DNA of 64,000 bases from an uncultured Pontibacter sp. (GTDB lineage: Bacteria > Bacteroidota > Bacteroidia > Cytophagales > Hymenobacteraceae). Made by a program: the position numbers and the translations under genes. The stretch's first letter is position 1; each line of letters opens with the position of its first letter. Positions 1-9,469 of this stretch are shown here, piece after piece. Under the pieces are notes generated by a model that was not told where the DNA came from, made no database searches, and was given only the letters and a program-made list of their open reading frames with translations. The DNA is taken from the NCBI RefSeq assembly GCF_947492645.1, contig NZ_CANLMZ010000013.1:10195-74194 (forward strand), read 5' to 3'.

Positions 1-264
1 TTATTGTTCAGTATCCGATTAAATAATGTAAAGATTTAATAAAAATTATCTCATTATACTTTATGGTATTGTTCGGTGTTGACCCCCTAAGCAGAGCCTT
101 AATCAAAAAGTTCCTGATGGGTAAGATTTTTTTATGAGCTTAATTTAGTGTAGGTGTTTTTAAAGTAATGCTGCTCAAATAGTATAGCCATAGGCTTAAA
201 TGCGCGTGCTGTAAGACTATTTGTTTCTCATTTATACTTAGCATTTATCAATGCTGCCAACACT

Positions 265-1119
265 TTGTCGTATATGGGATTTAAAAAATTTGAAATGAAG
301 ACAGGTATAGAACAATTTTCTTTGAATGATAAAGTAGTCGTAATTACTGGTGCAACAGGTGTTTTGGGGGCTGCGCTGTCAGTAGCTGTTGCTCAGGCCG
401 GAGCGAAGGTGGCAGTCCTCGGAAGAAATGAGAAAAGGGCCGCTGAACGTGTAGAAGCCATCATAGAAACCGGGGGAGAGGCCATGGCAGTATTGGCGGA
501 CGTGTTGGATGTGCGGCAAATGGAGGCAGCCAGAGATAAGATCTTAACTGCCTGGGGTACTGTGGATGGGCTTGTAAACGGGGCGGGAGGGAACATGCCT
601 GGCGCAACTGTTTCGCCTGATCAGGATGTGTTTGACTTTAGTATAGAAGACACGCGTAGGGCCGTAGACCTGAATTTGTTTGGAACTGTTATTCCGACTA
701 AAGTTTTTGGTAAAGTAATGGCAGAGCAGGGTAGGGGCACTATTGTCAATATCTCTTCGGTTGCAGCGCAAAGGCCGCTTACACGTGTTTTGGGGTATGC
801 CATGGCCAAGAAATCGGTTGAGTCTTTTACCCAATGGATGGCAGTTGAACTTGGCATGCGCTACAACGGAAAGCTAAGAATAAACGCCATTGCTCCGGGT
901 GTATTTCTGACTGAACAAAACAGGAGCTTACTTTTAAATGAAGATGGAAGCATGACCGACAGAGCACGCAAATTTATAAACAATACGCCGTTCCAGCGCT
1001 TTGGGGTGCCCGAGGAGTTAACCGGCACTTTAATATACTTACTAAGCGATGCTTCTAAATTTGTGAATGGCGAAACTGTGTTAGTAGATGGTGGCTTTAA
1101 TGCCTATTCAGGTGTATAA
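265..1119 (+). CDS. SDR-family NAD(P)-dependent oxidoreductase
   Basis: 284-aa ORF with Rossmann glycine motif VVVITGATGVLGAAL, NGAGGN, NISS and catalytic Y-x3-K (YAMAKKS). The ORF opens with TTG; in-frame ATGs at 274 and 295 are alternative starts. Confidence 0.85.
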   Translation: MSYMGFKKFEMKTGIEQFSLNDKVVVITGATGVLGAALSVAVAQAGAKVAVLGRNEKRAAERVEAIIETGGEAMAVLADVLDVRQMEAARDKILTAWGTVDGLVNGAGGNMPGATVSPDQDVFDFSIEDTRRAVDLNLFGTVIPTKVFGKVMAEQGRGTIVNISSVAAQRPLTRVLGYAMAKKSVESFTQWMAVELGMRYNGKLRINAIAPGVFLTEQNRSLLLNEDGSMTDRARKFINNTPFQRFGVPEELTGTLIYLLSDASKFVNGETVLVDGGFNAYSGV

Positions 1120-1169
1120 AAACCTGGGAGCTCATGTTGTACTATGTCGCAACTTTAGAGGCAATACAC

Positions 1170-2255
1170 TTATTTACCCGGTTCGTGCACATCCTCTTCT
1201 TCTACATCGTGCTCCTTCATTTTACGTTCTGCCCATGCATGATCAACTTCTCGTGCCTTAAGGCCTTCCTGGTCCGACCCGTGCTGCACATCATACATCA
1301 GCTCAACCAGCATCGGAAAGTGGTCAGACCCAAAGTATGGCAGCTTTTTAATGTAGGATAAGGTAAAGTGGCCGCTATGGAAAAGATGATCCAAAGGCCA
1401 GCGGGCAAACCAGAAATCAGCATGAAAAGTATTAAACATGCCACGGCCAATTCTGGGGTCCAGCAACCTGCTGATTTTCCGGAACAGCCTCGTTGTGGCA
1501 GACCAGGCAACATCATTCAAATCACCGGTTACAATAATCGGTGAAAACTCATCTGAAACGCTTTTAGCTACCACCAACAGTTCGGCATCTCTTTCTGATG
1601 AGCGCAAGTTTTCGGTGGGGCTTGGCGGTGCGGGGTGCAGGAAATGTACCCGTACCTTAATATCGGACCTCATAACAACAAGCGCATGCATCGACGGAAC
1701 ATCAGGCTCAACCAAAAACTGAATTGCGGTATCCTCCAAAACCAAACTAGAGTACACATGCATGCCATACTTGTTGTCGAGCGGGCACTTTAAAGTATAG
1801 GGATACTCTTTTTCTATCACCATCAATTTTTCCTCCCACCAAAGGTCTGTTTCCAGCGTTACCACTATGTCAGGTTTATACTTTGCGATCATGTCAAGTA
1901 AGCCCTGGTAGTTTTGGTTTGTGGTGAGAACGTTGGCTGTAAGTATACTGATGAGATTAGCTTTATCTTTATGTCTTGCCTGTTTTACCTCCACAGGAAA
2001 TAATTGAGTATAGGGCAAAATCCAACCAAAGTGAAAGCAAAAGCAGCCAAAAGATGTTATGGCCAACACCCCAGCCTTATAACTTGAAAAGTCCAGGAAC
2101 ATAGCGGCTGCTACAAAAAGTATAAGGGCAAAGATCATGAACTGGAACCTCGGGAAATCTAAACCGCGAACCCACCAGCCCTCGTGCCTCCAGATGGGCA
2201 ACAAAGTTACCAGGACCAGAATATAGGTAAACCATGCTACTATTATTTCTGCCAT
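1170..2255 (-). CDS. endonuclease/exonuclease/phosphatase (EEP) family protein with N-terminal transmembrane segments
   Basis: 361-aa ORF with about 3 hydrophobic helices at the N-terminus, then EEP-type motifs (TLETD, GDLNDVAWS, GSDHFPM). Confidence 0.8.
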   Translation of the reverse strand: MAEIIVAWFTYILVLVTLLPIWRHEGWWVRGLDFPRFQFMIFALILFVAAAMFLDFSSYKAGVLAITSFGCFCFHFGWILPYTQLFPVEVKQARHKDKANLISILTANVLTTNQNYQGLLDMIAKYKPDIVVTLETDLWWEEKLMVIEKEYPYTLKCPLDNKYGMHVYSSLVLEDTAIQFLVEPDVPSMHALVVMRSDIKVRVHFLHPAPPSPTENLRSSERDAELLVVAKSVSDEFSPIIVTGDLNDVAWSATTRLFRKISRLLDPRIGRGMFNTFHADFWFARWPLDHLFHSGHFTLSYIKKLPYFGSDHFPMLVELMYDVQHGSDQEGLKAREVDHAWAERKMKEHDVEEEDVHEPGK

Positions 2256-2612
2256 TAAGTGTGCTCTCCGCTTGCTTAAGTATAATTTAAAGCCTTAATA
2301 GAACAGATACGTTTCAGCAGCAGGAGCGTAGATTGATAAGGCAACTTTCTGTTTTATTGATTTGAAAATAAACCTCAGTTTAGGCTCATGCATGCGCAAC
2401 ATGAACACTTTCTTAAGAAATGATTGTGAAACCAAAAGCTCATTAACTTAACTTGCAGGAAACAGCAATAAGCCTATAATAATGTATAACAGCTACTTAC
2501 AGGCTACAAACCAGAGTGATATTAATAGTGACTACCAATTACGTGCGCTTAACTTAAATCAATGTGCGTACTGTTGCGTAACAGGAAGCAAATTATACTT
2601 GTAAGAGCACCT

Positions 2613-3227
2613 ATGATAGCAGCAATAGTTAGTTTCCTGGTAATGCTTAATCCCTTCGCCCTTTTCCTATACCTGAAACCTGTAATGGGGGATCTTTCAG
2701 ATGCAGATTTCCGGAATGTGTTTGTAAAAGCTTCCCTGATCTCTTTTTCAATTTACCTGGTGTTCCTGTTATTTGGTGACTTGGTATTTCAGCGCGTTTT
2801 CCGGATCAATTTTGAATCGTTTAGGATATTTGGCGGCATTGTGCTGTTCTCGTTTGCGTACATGTTTATTGTACAGGGTAAAAAAGCATTTATCCAGATA
2901 AAGGGAGACCTACACGATTTAGCATCTGAGATTGCTTTGCCGTTTATGGTAGGAGCCGGCACTATATCGCTGACCGTGTTGATGTCGGAGCAACTGGAAC
3001 TATGGCAGGGTACGGTGTCTCTTGCCGTAATTATGCTGATTAATTACCTTATAATTATGGGTTTAAAACAGGTTAGACGTGGTATGCGCTCTAAAAAGGT
3101 ACAGTTGGCTTTTGATAAGAATATGGAGCTGCTGCTGCGTATAAACGGTTTTTTTCTGGGTGCAATTGGCGTAGATATGGTGGTTACCGGCATCAGCAAT
3201 GTAATGCGCTCTTCCGGGCAGTTATAA
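2613..3227 (+). CDS. MarC-family (UPF0056) integral membrane protein
   Basis: Multi-pass hydrophobic protein. The N-terminus MIAAIVSFLVMLNPFALFLYL and overall size fit the MarC family. The start is moved to the ATG at 2613 inside the 2562 ORF. Confidence 0.7.
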   Translation: MIAAIVSFLVMLNPFALFLYLKPVMGDLSDADFRNVFVKASLISFSIYLVFLLFGDLVFQRVFRINFESFRIFGGIVLFSFAYMFIVQGKKAFIQIKGDLHDLASEIALPFMVGAGTISLTVLMSEQLELWQGTVSLAVIMLINYLIIMGLKQVRRGMRSKKVQLAFDKNMELLLRINGFFLGAIGVDMVVTGISNVMRSSGQL

Positions 3228-3291
3228 TTTAAAAGTATAAGCTTACATGCACGAATAATAAACTGGCCAGGCTTGTATACAAGTATAAGCA

Positions 3292-4467
3292 TTAGTTTAT
3301 CGGCACGCGCTTTCCACCTGCTTTGGCAGACTCATAAATGGCCATTAGTATTTTCATGTCGCGCAAGCCCATTTCGCCGGGCACAATAGAGGGTTTGTTC
3401 CTTCGGAAGCTCTCTGCCTGGCTATCCATTTGCTTTACCTGCTCGTAAATGTTTGGCAAATTCATCGGGCCTTCGCTGGTTTCTCCTTTTTTGCCTTCAT
3501 AAGCATAGGAGGGGCTAAGTTTCCACCAGCCTTTTTCGGCCTTGCTCGAAAGTACATTTTCGTCATCAGCATAACTGCTGTTGCAGGTAGCCACCACACC
3601 GTTTTCAAACTCCATTTGCCAGCTTATGGATTGTTCTACATCATAGAAGTAACTTGGTTTAGTAACCTCTCCAAACTTAGCTGTAACTGCAACCGGTGTT
3701 GTGCCCATTGTATAAATTGCTCCCTGCACACAGTAAATCCCAAGGTCCATTAAAGGGCCCCCACCAGCTAACTTTTTGTTAAGGCGCCAGATATCAAGGC
3801 TTCCGTTGGTTTGGTCGCCGCTGTTGCGGGCTTCTATTTGCTGCACTTTGCCATATACCTGCTTTTGCCCCAGCTCCATTACACGCCTATGGAAAGGCTC
3901 GAAGTGCAGCCTGTAGCCAATGGCTAACTGCACATTGTTCTGCCTACAAGCATCAAGCATTCGCTGGGCATCCGCTACAGTTGTAGCCATGGGCTTTTCA
4001 CAAATAACGTGCTTTTTAGCCTTTGCTGCGCGTATTGTGTATTCGGCGTGCATGGCGTTTGGTAATACTACATATACAATGTCAATGTCTTTGTTTTGGG
4101 CTATTTCGTCAAAGTTTTCGTAGTTGTAGATGTTTTTAGCGGGTATGTTATACTTTGTTTTCCAGGCTTGTGCTTTAGAAGGAGTACCCGTTACAATCCC
4201 TGCCAGGTAGCAGTTTTCGGTTTCTTGTAAGGCAGGCGCAAGTTGGTTTGCACTATACTGCCCGAGCCCCACCAATGCGATGCCAAGTTTCCTTTTTTGA
4301 GCTCCTGTCTGTTCCGACTCATTTTCAGCTGCAACGCTGCTCTCAGCACTTTTCTGACTCATCGAAAGCAGGGGCAGGCCTAAAATTGTAGTTCCCAAGG
4401 TTAAAGTAACTCCTTTCAGAAACTTCCGGCGGTTAAAAGCTTCAGGTTGGTTGCGATTTGTTTTCAT
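3292..4467 (-). CDS. Gfo/Idh/MocA-family oxidoreductase with twin-arginine signal
   Basis: 391 aa with Tat-like NRRKFLKG plus a hydrophobic stretch, Rossmann GIALVGLGQYS and the EKP motif (CEKPMA) typical of glucose-fructose oxidoreductase-like enzymes. Confidence 0.85.
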   Translation of the reverse strand: MKTNRNQPEAFNRRKFLKGVTLTLGTTILGLPLLSMSQKSAESSVAAENESEQTGAQKRKLGIALVGLGQYSANQLAPALQETENCYLAGIVTGTPSKAQAWKTKYNIPAKNIYNYENFDEIAQNKDIDIVYVVLPNAMHAEYTIRAAKAKKHVICEKPMATTVADAQRMLDACRQNNVQLAIGYRLHFEPFHRRVMELGQKQVYGKVQQIEARNSGDQTNGSLDIWRLNKKLAGGGPLMDLGIYCVQGAIYTMGTTPVAVTAKFGEVTKPSYFYDVEQSISWQMEFENGVVATCNSSYADDENVLSSKAEKGWWKLSPSYAYEGKKGETSEGPMNLPNIYEQVKQMDSQAESFRRNKPSIVPGEMGLRDMKILMAIYESAKAGGKRVPIN

Positions 4468-4543
4468 GGGTATAGTGCGGTAAATATGTTAAACAGTTTA
4501 GGTAAGCTATGTATGCTTTTAAGCTCTCAGCAGTTTAATTAGC

Positions 4544-4580
4544 GCATGCCGTACCATGAAAACAGCCTGGTACGGCATGC
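4544..4580 (-). terminator. GC-rich hairpin downstream of the 4594..5493 gene
   Basis: 13-bp perfect stem gcatgccgtacca / tggtacggcatgc with an 11-nt loop, lying between two minus-strand genes. There is no clear T-run on the minus strand, so intrinsic-terminator status is uncertain. Confidence 0.5.
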
Positions 4581-4593
4581 TTGGGCAAACCCT

Positions 4594-5493
4594 TTATATA
4601 GTAGGAGTGCCGCCAGTAACCTGTACAGTAGAGCCAGTCATGTAGCTTGAGTCCTGGGAGGCCAGCAGTACGTAAATAGGAGCAAGTTCGGCTGGTTGTC
4701 CGGCCCGCTTAAGCGGTGTGTCCTTCCCAAAAGTCTTCACTTCTTCTGTTGGCATGGTAGATGGTATAAGCGGGGTCCAGATGGGGCCTGGGGCAACGCA
4801 GTTTACACGTATTCCCTTGTCGGCTAGTAACTGTGCCAACCCAGCGGTAAAGTTTTGTATAGCCCCTTTCGTAGCAGCGTAAGCCAGCAGTATAGGCTTG
4901 GGTTTATAGGCGTTTACAGAGGTGGTGTTTACGATGGTGCTTCCGGGCTTCATATGAGGCTCGGCTGCTTTACACAAATGGAACATGGCATAGATGTTTG
5001 TACGGAACGTGTAATCCCACTCTTCACTTGATACATCCTGAAGTGTTTCCCTGGCCATCTGGTAAGCGGCATTATTTACCAGGATATCAATCTGCCCAAA
5101 CTCTTTTACTGCCTGGTCTATTATCTTTTTGCAATGAGACTCCTCACTTATATCGCCAGCGACCAACACCGCTTTTTTACCGGCTTCTTCTACATACTTT
5201 GCTGTTTCTTCGGCATCTTCGTGCTCACTTAAATAGGAGATAAGTACATCAGCCCCTTCACGCGCAAAAGCGATGGCAACGGCTCTGCCTATTCCGGAAT
5301 CGCCTCCTGTTAGAACTGCTTTTTTACCTTCTAGCTTACCAGATCCGCGGTAGCTTTTTTCACCGTGGTCTGCCTGAGGCATTAAGTCCTCTTCAGTTCC
5401 GGGCACTTCCTGCTCTTGCTCCGGATAGGGTGGCTTTGGGTACTGCTCCTGCGGGTTCTGCTTCTTTTTCTGATCTTCCTGGTTCTCCTTCAT
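4594..5493 (-). CDS. SDR-family oxidoreductase (YdaD/YghA-like, with polar N-terminal extension)
   Basis: 299 aa with TGGDSGIGRA glycine motif, NNAA, Y-x3-K (YAATKGA) and a PGPIWTP segment. The N-terminus is low-complexity and rich in Q/E/P. Confidence 0.85.
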   Translation of the reverse strand: MKENQEDQKKKQNPQEQYPKPPYPEQEQEVPGTEEDLMPQADHGEKSYRGSGKLEGKKAVLTGGDSGIGRAVAIAFAREGADVLISYLSEHEDAEETAKYVEEAGKKAVLVAGDISEESHCKKIIDQAVKEFGQIDILVNNAAYQMARETLQDVSSEEWDYTFRTNIYAMFHLCKAAEPHMKPGSTIVNTTSVNAYKPKPILLAYAATKGAIQNFTAGLAQLLADKGIRVNCVAPGPIWTPLIPSTMPTEEVKTFGKDTPLKRAGQPAELAPIYVLLASQDSSYMTGSTVQVTGGTPTI

Positions 5494-5638
5494 GTTTCTT
5501 TTGGTATAAGTTTGCTTTATAGTTTGGGTGCTTGCATAAAAAACGGCAGCTAACTGTTTAAGTTGCAGGTAAAAGCTCTCACATAAGGCTATAGCTAAAG
5601 CTCGGCGATAAGCAGTTTTAGAAGGTTGATGCTGATTA

Positions 5639-5656
5639 TAGCCATAGCTATGGCTA
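5639..5656. promoter_or_regulatory. 18-bp perfect palindrome in a divergent intergenic region
   Basis: tagccatagctatggcta equals its own reverse complement. It lies between the divergently transcribed SDR (start 5493) and DUF983 (start 5790) genes, with related ggctatag/tatagcc words on both sides. Confidence 0.4.
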
Positions 5657-5789
5657 AGACTATTATAGCCTTCAATTTTACCGCTACAGATTTACCGCGT
5701 ATATTTACCTTATAATCCATATCAATACGGCTTCCGTAAGTAGTAATATCTTAGAAATGCTTGTGATTAGAGGCCTATAATACAATAGT

Positions 5790-6188
5790 ATGAGCAGCAA
5801 GAATTCACTTTTATACAGCATAGCCACCGCTAAATGCCCAAGATGCCGAGAAGGTGAAATGTTTCCGGGTGGGTTGTATACTACCCGGTTTGCCGATATG
5901 CATTCCAGTTGCCCCTGTTGCGGGCAGGCCTACGAGCCAGAGCCGGGCTTTTACTACGGTGCCATGTACGTGAGTTTTGCCTTTAATGTAGCGGCCTTTC
6001 TGGTTTCCCTTTTTATACTATCCCAGTTTGTGGAAGAGGTAACTATGGGGATGATGATAGGGGTGGTAGCAGTAGTTGTTATTGGGCTGCTGCCGGTTAT
6101 TTTCAGATTGTCCCGTATTATCTGGATTAATTTTTTTGTACGCTACGAAGGGCCTTGCGATCAAATACCAAAGAAGGCAGTAAAATAG
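5790..6188 (+). CDS. DUF983-like small membrane protein with Cys4 zinc-ribbon
   Basis: 132 aa with CPRC...CPCC at the N-terminus followed by two hydrophobic helices. Confidence 0.65.
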   Translation: MSSKNSLLYSIATAKCPRCREGEMFPGGLYTTRFADMHSSCPCCGQAYEPEPGFYYGAMYVSFAFNVAAFLVSLFILSQFVEEVTMGMMIGVVAVVVIGLLPVIFRLSRIIWINFFVRYEGPCDQIPKKAVK

Positions 6189-6250
6189 CGCAAGCCTAGC
6201 TCGGATGATGTGCTGAACCAGGCTTGCGGCAGTAGCAAGCATAACACCTG

Positions 6251-8050
6251 TTACTTTGTGTACATTGAACCGATCAGGTGTTTATATTTTTCGATAATTA
6301 CTTTTCTTTTAAGCTTAAGTGTTGGAGTTAGTTCTTCGCCTTCTATTGTCCAATGGTTTGGCAGGAGTACGAATTTCTTTACCTGCTCTACCTGGTTAAA
6401 GTGCTTGTTGTGCTGGTGCACCGATTCTTTTATCAAATCATGGGCTTGTTTGTCGTTTACAACATCGCTGTTGCCCGGATACATTAATCCTTCCTGTGTA
6501 TACCAATCCTTCAGGGCATTAAATGCAGGTACGATAAGCGCGCCTACAAATTTCTGTGTTTCTCCTACAACCATTATCTGCTCAATCCATGGGCTTTCCA
6601 CCATCTTGTTTTCGATGGGCTGCGGTGCGACATACTTGCCGCCGCTTGTTTTAAAAAGCTCCTTTTTGCGGTCTGTAATTTTCAGGAACTTGCCGTTTAT
6701 CATAGTGCCGATATCCCCTGTGTGCAGCCATCCCTCTTTAATTACTTCGTTTGTAAGATCAGGGCGTTTAAAATAGCCCATCATCACATTAGGTCCCTTG
6801 CAAAGTATTTCTCCGTCAGGGGCAATTCTAACTTCAACACCTGAAAGCAAAGGGCCAACCGTACCAAACATCCTGTTTTTTTCGCTGTAGCGGTTACCGC
6901 TGATGATAGGCGATGCCTCGGTTAACCCATAACCTTCCTGTATTACAATCTGTGCGGCTGTAAATACTTTTAGTAGCCGTACCTGGCACGCCGCTGCGCC
7001 CGTTATAATTGCTTTGACTTCACCTCCCAGGGCATCGCGCCATTTACTGAATACAAGTTTATTAGCCAACGCCAGCTGCATTCTGTAACTGGCACTTTGG
7101 GGCTGGTTTATCTCGTATTGTTCAGCTAGTTTAAGTGCCCAGTAAAACAGGCGTTTTTTTATACCTGTAAGTGTAGCTCCCTTAGCTAAAATACCCTCGT
7201 ATACTTTCTCCAGGAGGCGCGGTACTGTTGTAAAGAGGGTTGGTTTTACCTCTTGCAGATTAGCAGCTATAGTTTCCATACTTTCGGCATAGTAAATAGA
7301 AACTCCGCAGTAAAAGAAACAATAAGTTGCCATGCGCTCAAAGGCATGGTTTAGCGGCAAAAAACTTATGGTTCGTTTTCCCCGCACCCCAATTTCCTCG
7401 ATAATCTCTGCACTTCCGAAAACGTTGCTGAGCATGTTGCGGTGAGAAAGCATGACACCTTTTGGTGTTCCAGTTGTTCCCGAAGTATATAGTATGGTAG
7501 CCAAGTCAGTTTCCTGTATTGATTCCCGCTGCTCGTTTACCTGCTGCTGTGCTTCCGGTGTTAGCTGTATTAGCAGTTCGGACCAATGGCTTGCGCCAGC
7601 TACTGGTTTAAAAGTATAGATGGATTTTATACTTGGTAATGACTCGCTGATGCCGCTAAGTTTATGGTAGAGTGCCGTATCACCCACGAAAGCCATTTTT
7701 ACATGCGCATCTTCAAGTATAAATTTCAGCTCGTTTTCGTTTATGTTTGGGTAAACAGGCACAGATACAGCGCCTATCTGCTGTATTGCTAGGTCCACCA
7801 ACATCCATTCCGGGCAGTTTGCGCTAAGGATCGCAATTTTGTCTCTGCCTTCTATCGTGCCGTCACCCTTCGAAATTCCTGCGGCGAGAAGAGCCGCGCT
7901 AATCTGGTTCACGATCTTGTAAACTTCCTGCGTGCTGTATTTTTTCCAGGCGCCATCCTCCTTAGAGCAAAGCATATCTGGCAACGGGAAATTTTCTAAC
8001 TGATAGGTAAGGCAGTCAAATAACCGTTTTGGTTTTTGCGTGGGCATCAT
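6251..8050 (-). CDS. long-chain-fatty-acid--CoA ligase (AMP-dependent synthetase/ligase)
   Basis: 599 aa with AMP-binding signature YTSGTTGTPKGVMLSH, the GYGLTE motif, and the TGD...D...ITDRKKELFK segment. Confidence 0.9.
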   Translation of the reverse strand: MMPTQKPKRLFDCLTYQLENFPLPDMLCSKEDGAWKKYSTQEVYKIVNQISAALLAAGISKGDGTIEGRDKIAILSANCPEWMLVDLAIQQIGAVSVPVYPNINENELKFILEDAHVKMAFVGDTALYHKLSGISESLPSIKSIYTFKPVAGASHWSELLIQLTPEAQQQVNEQRESIQETDLATILYTSGTTGTPKGVMLSHRNMLSNVFGSAEIIEEIGVRGKRTISFLPLNHAFERMATYCFFYCGVSIYYAESMETIAANLQEVKPTLFTTVPRLLEKVYEGILAKGATLTGIKKRLFYWALKLAEQYEINQPQSASYRMQLALANKLVFSKWRDALGGEVKAIITGAAACQVRLLKVFTAAQIVIQEGYGLTEASPIISGNRYSEKNRMFGTVGPLLSGVEVRIAPDGEILCKGPNVMMGYFKRPDLTNEVIKEGWLHTGDIGTMINGKFLKITDRKKELFKTSGGKYVAPQPIENKMVESPWIEQIMVVGETQKFVGALIVPAFNALKDWYTQEGLMYPGNSDVVNDKQAHDLIKESVHQHNKHFNQVEQVKKFVLLPNHWTIEGEELTPTLKLKRKVIIEKYKHLIGSMYTK

Positions 8051-8520
8051 ATTTCTTATGTTTAATCGGCAACTCCAAGCAGCCGCACCTTCTAAAACAG
8101 ATGGGTTGTGAGGCTGCTGTATATTGCATCTACGGTTTAATGCAAGAGCTGTTCAGGAGCAAAATTACCTCTTATGGTTCGCATCTGCTATAATGCGGCT
8201 CCACTAATTCTGTGGTTAAACCGTTTTGCGAGCTTATTCTATACTTGCTGTAGCGCATTTGATTATCTTACCTAGTACAGGGAAAGAGAGAAGCTGCAAA
8301 GGAAGTATGAGCGAAGGGCCGCCAAGTTGAAAATTAGTTTGCTATTGTAGTTCATCGATACGCCCTCCGCATTCTTTTATTCAACCTGTTAGTGACTATA
8401 CCTGGCAGGTTGCTATTGTATCACCCCTAAAATCTGAGTGCCTCTATTATTTGCAACATGTAAAATCTTAAGTAATTTACAGTGTGATAAGTTATTGTCT
8501 TTTAAGATCAGCCAGTTAAT

Positions 8521-9393
8521 ATGAATCAGTTTATACTTGGAGTTGATATTGGCGGCACGCACATTACCGCCGCCGTTGTAGACTTAAGTACCCGAACGCT
8601 TATACCCGGGAGTATAAGCCGTCAGCCTGTGGATTCTGGTGGAAGTGTAGCATCCATTATTTCCGGTTGGAGCAGTACCATGCTGGCCGCCTTAAAGAAG
8701 CAGGAAGGCATTGTAAATCATTTCGGAATAGCCATGCCTGGTCCTTTTGATTACGAGCGTGGCATTTCTTTGATGCAGCACCAGGACAAGTATGATGCGC
8801 TTTACGGGGTTCATGTAAAAGAGCTTTTGGCTGAGGCTTTACTTACAGAACCGATGTATTTAAAATTCCAGAACGATGCTCCCTGCTTTTTACAAGGCGA
8901 AGCTTTTGCGGGGGCAGCCAGGGGGTACAACAGGGCAATTGGGTTAACCTTGGGCACAGGCCTGGGGTCAGCAGTTACCGTGAATGGCAAGGCATGGGAT
9001 GCCAACCTCTGGGATACTCCTTTTCAAGGAAGTATAGCCGAGGCATATTTAAGCTCGCGCTGGTTTGTGAAGCGCTTTTATGAGCTGACCGGTACAAATG
9101 CAGCCAATGTGAAAAGTATAGTGGAGTTGAGTGCAGCGAAGCCAGAAGTGCACGAACTCTTTTCTGAGTTTGCAGCTAACCTGGCAACTTTCCTGAGGGA
9201 TTTTGTGCAGCAGGAGCAGCCCGAAGTAATTGTATTAGGTGGCAGTATTGCCAAGGCTTTTTATTTATTCGGAGATGCTTTGCAGCAAAAGCTACTGGAG
9301 CAAAGTATAAATGTACCGGTAAAAACAGCAGCGCTAGGAGAGGAAGCTGCCTTGCTGGGTGCAGCTTGTCTGTGGCAGAATATGGCAAACTGA
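8521..9393 (+). CDS. ROK-family sugar kinase
   Basis: 290 aa with N-terminal ATP-binding motif LGVDIGGTHITAAVVD and GLTLGTGLGSA. It sits next to mannosidase genes. Confidence 0.8.
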   Translation: MNQFILGVDIGGTHITAAVVDLSTRTLIPGSISRQPVDSGGSVASIISGWSSTMLAALKKQEGIVNHFGIAMPGPFDYERGISLMQHQDKYDALYGVHVKELLAEALLTEPMYLKFQNDAPCFLQGEAFAGAARGYNRAIGLTLGTGLGSAVTVNGKAWDANLWDTPFQGSIAEAYLSSRWFVKRFYELTGTNAANVKSIVELSAAKPEVHELFSEFAANLATFLRDFVQQEQPEVIVLGGSIAKAFYLFGDALQQKLLEQSINVPVKTAALGEEAALLGAACLWQNMAN

Positions 9394-9469
9394 TAGCTTT
9401 ACACTTTGTTAAAATAAACCTTAACTTTAAACATACTTTAATTCTATACTTGCCCAAAAAACTAACCAA

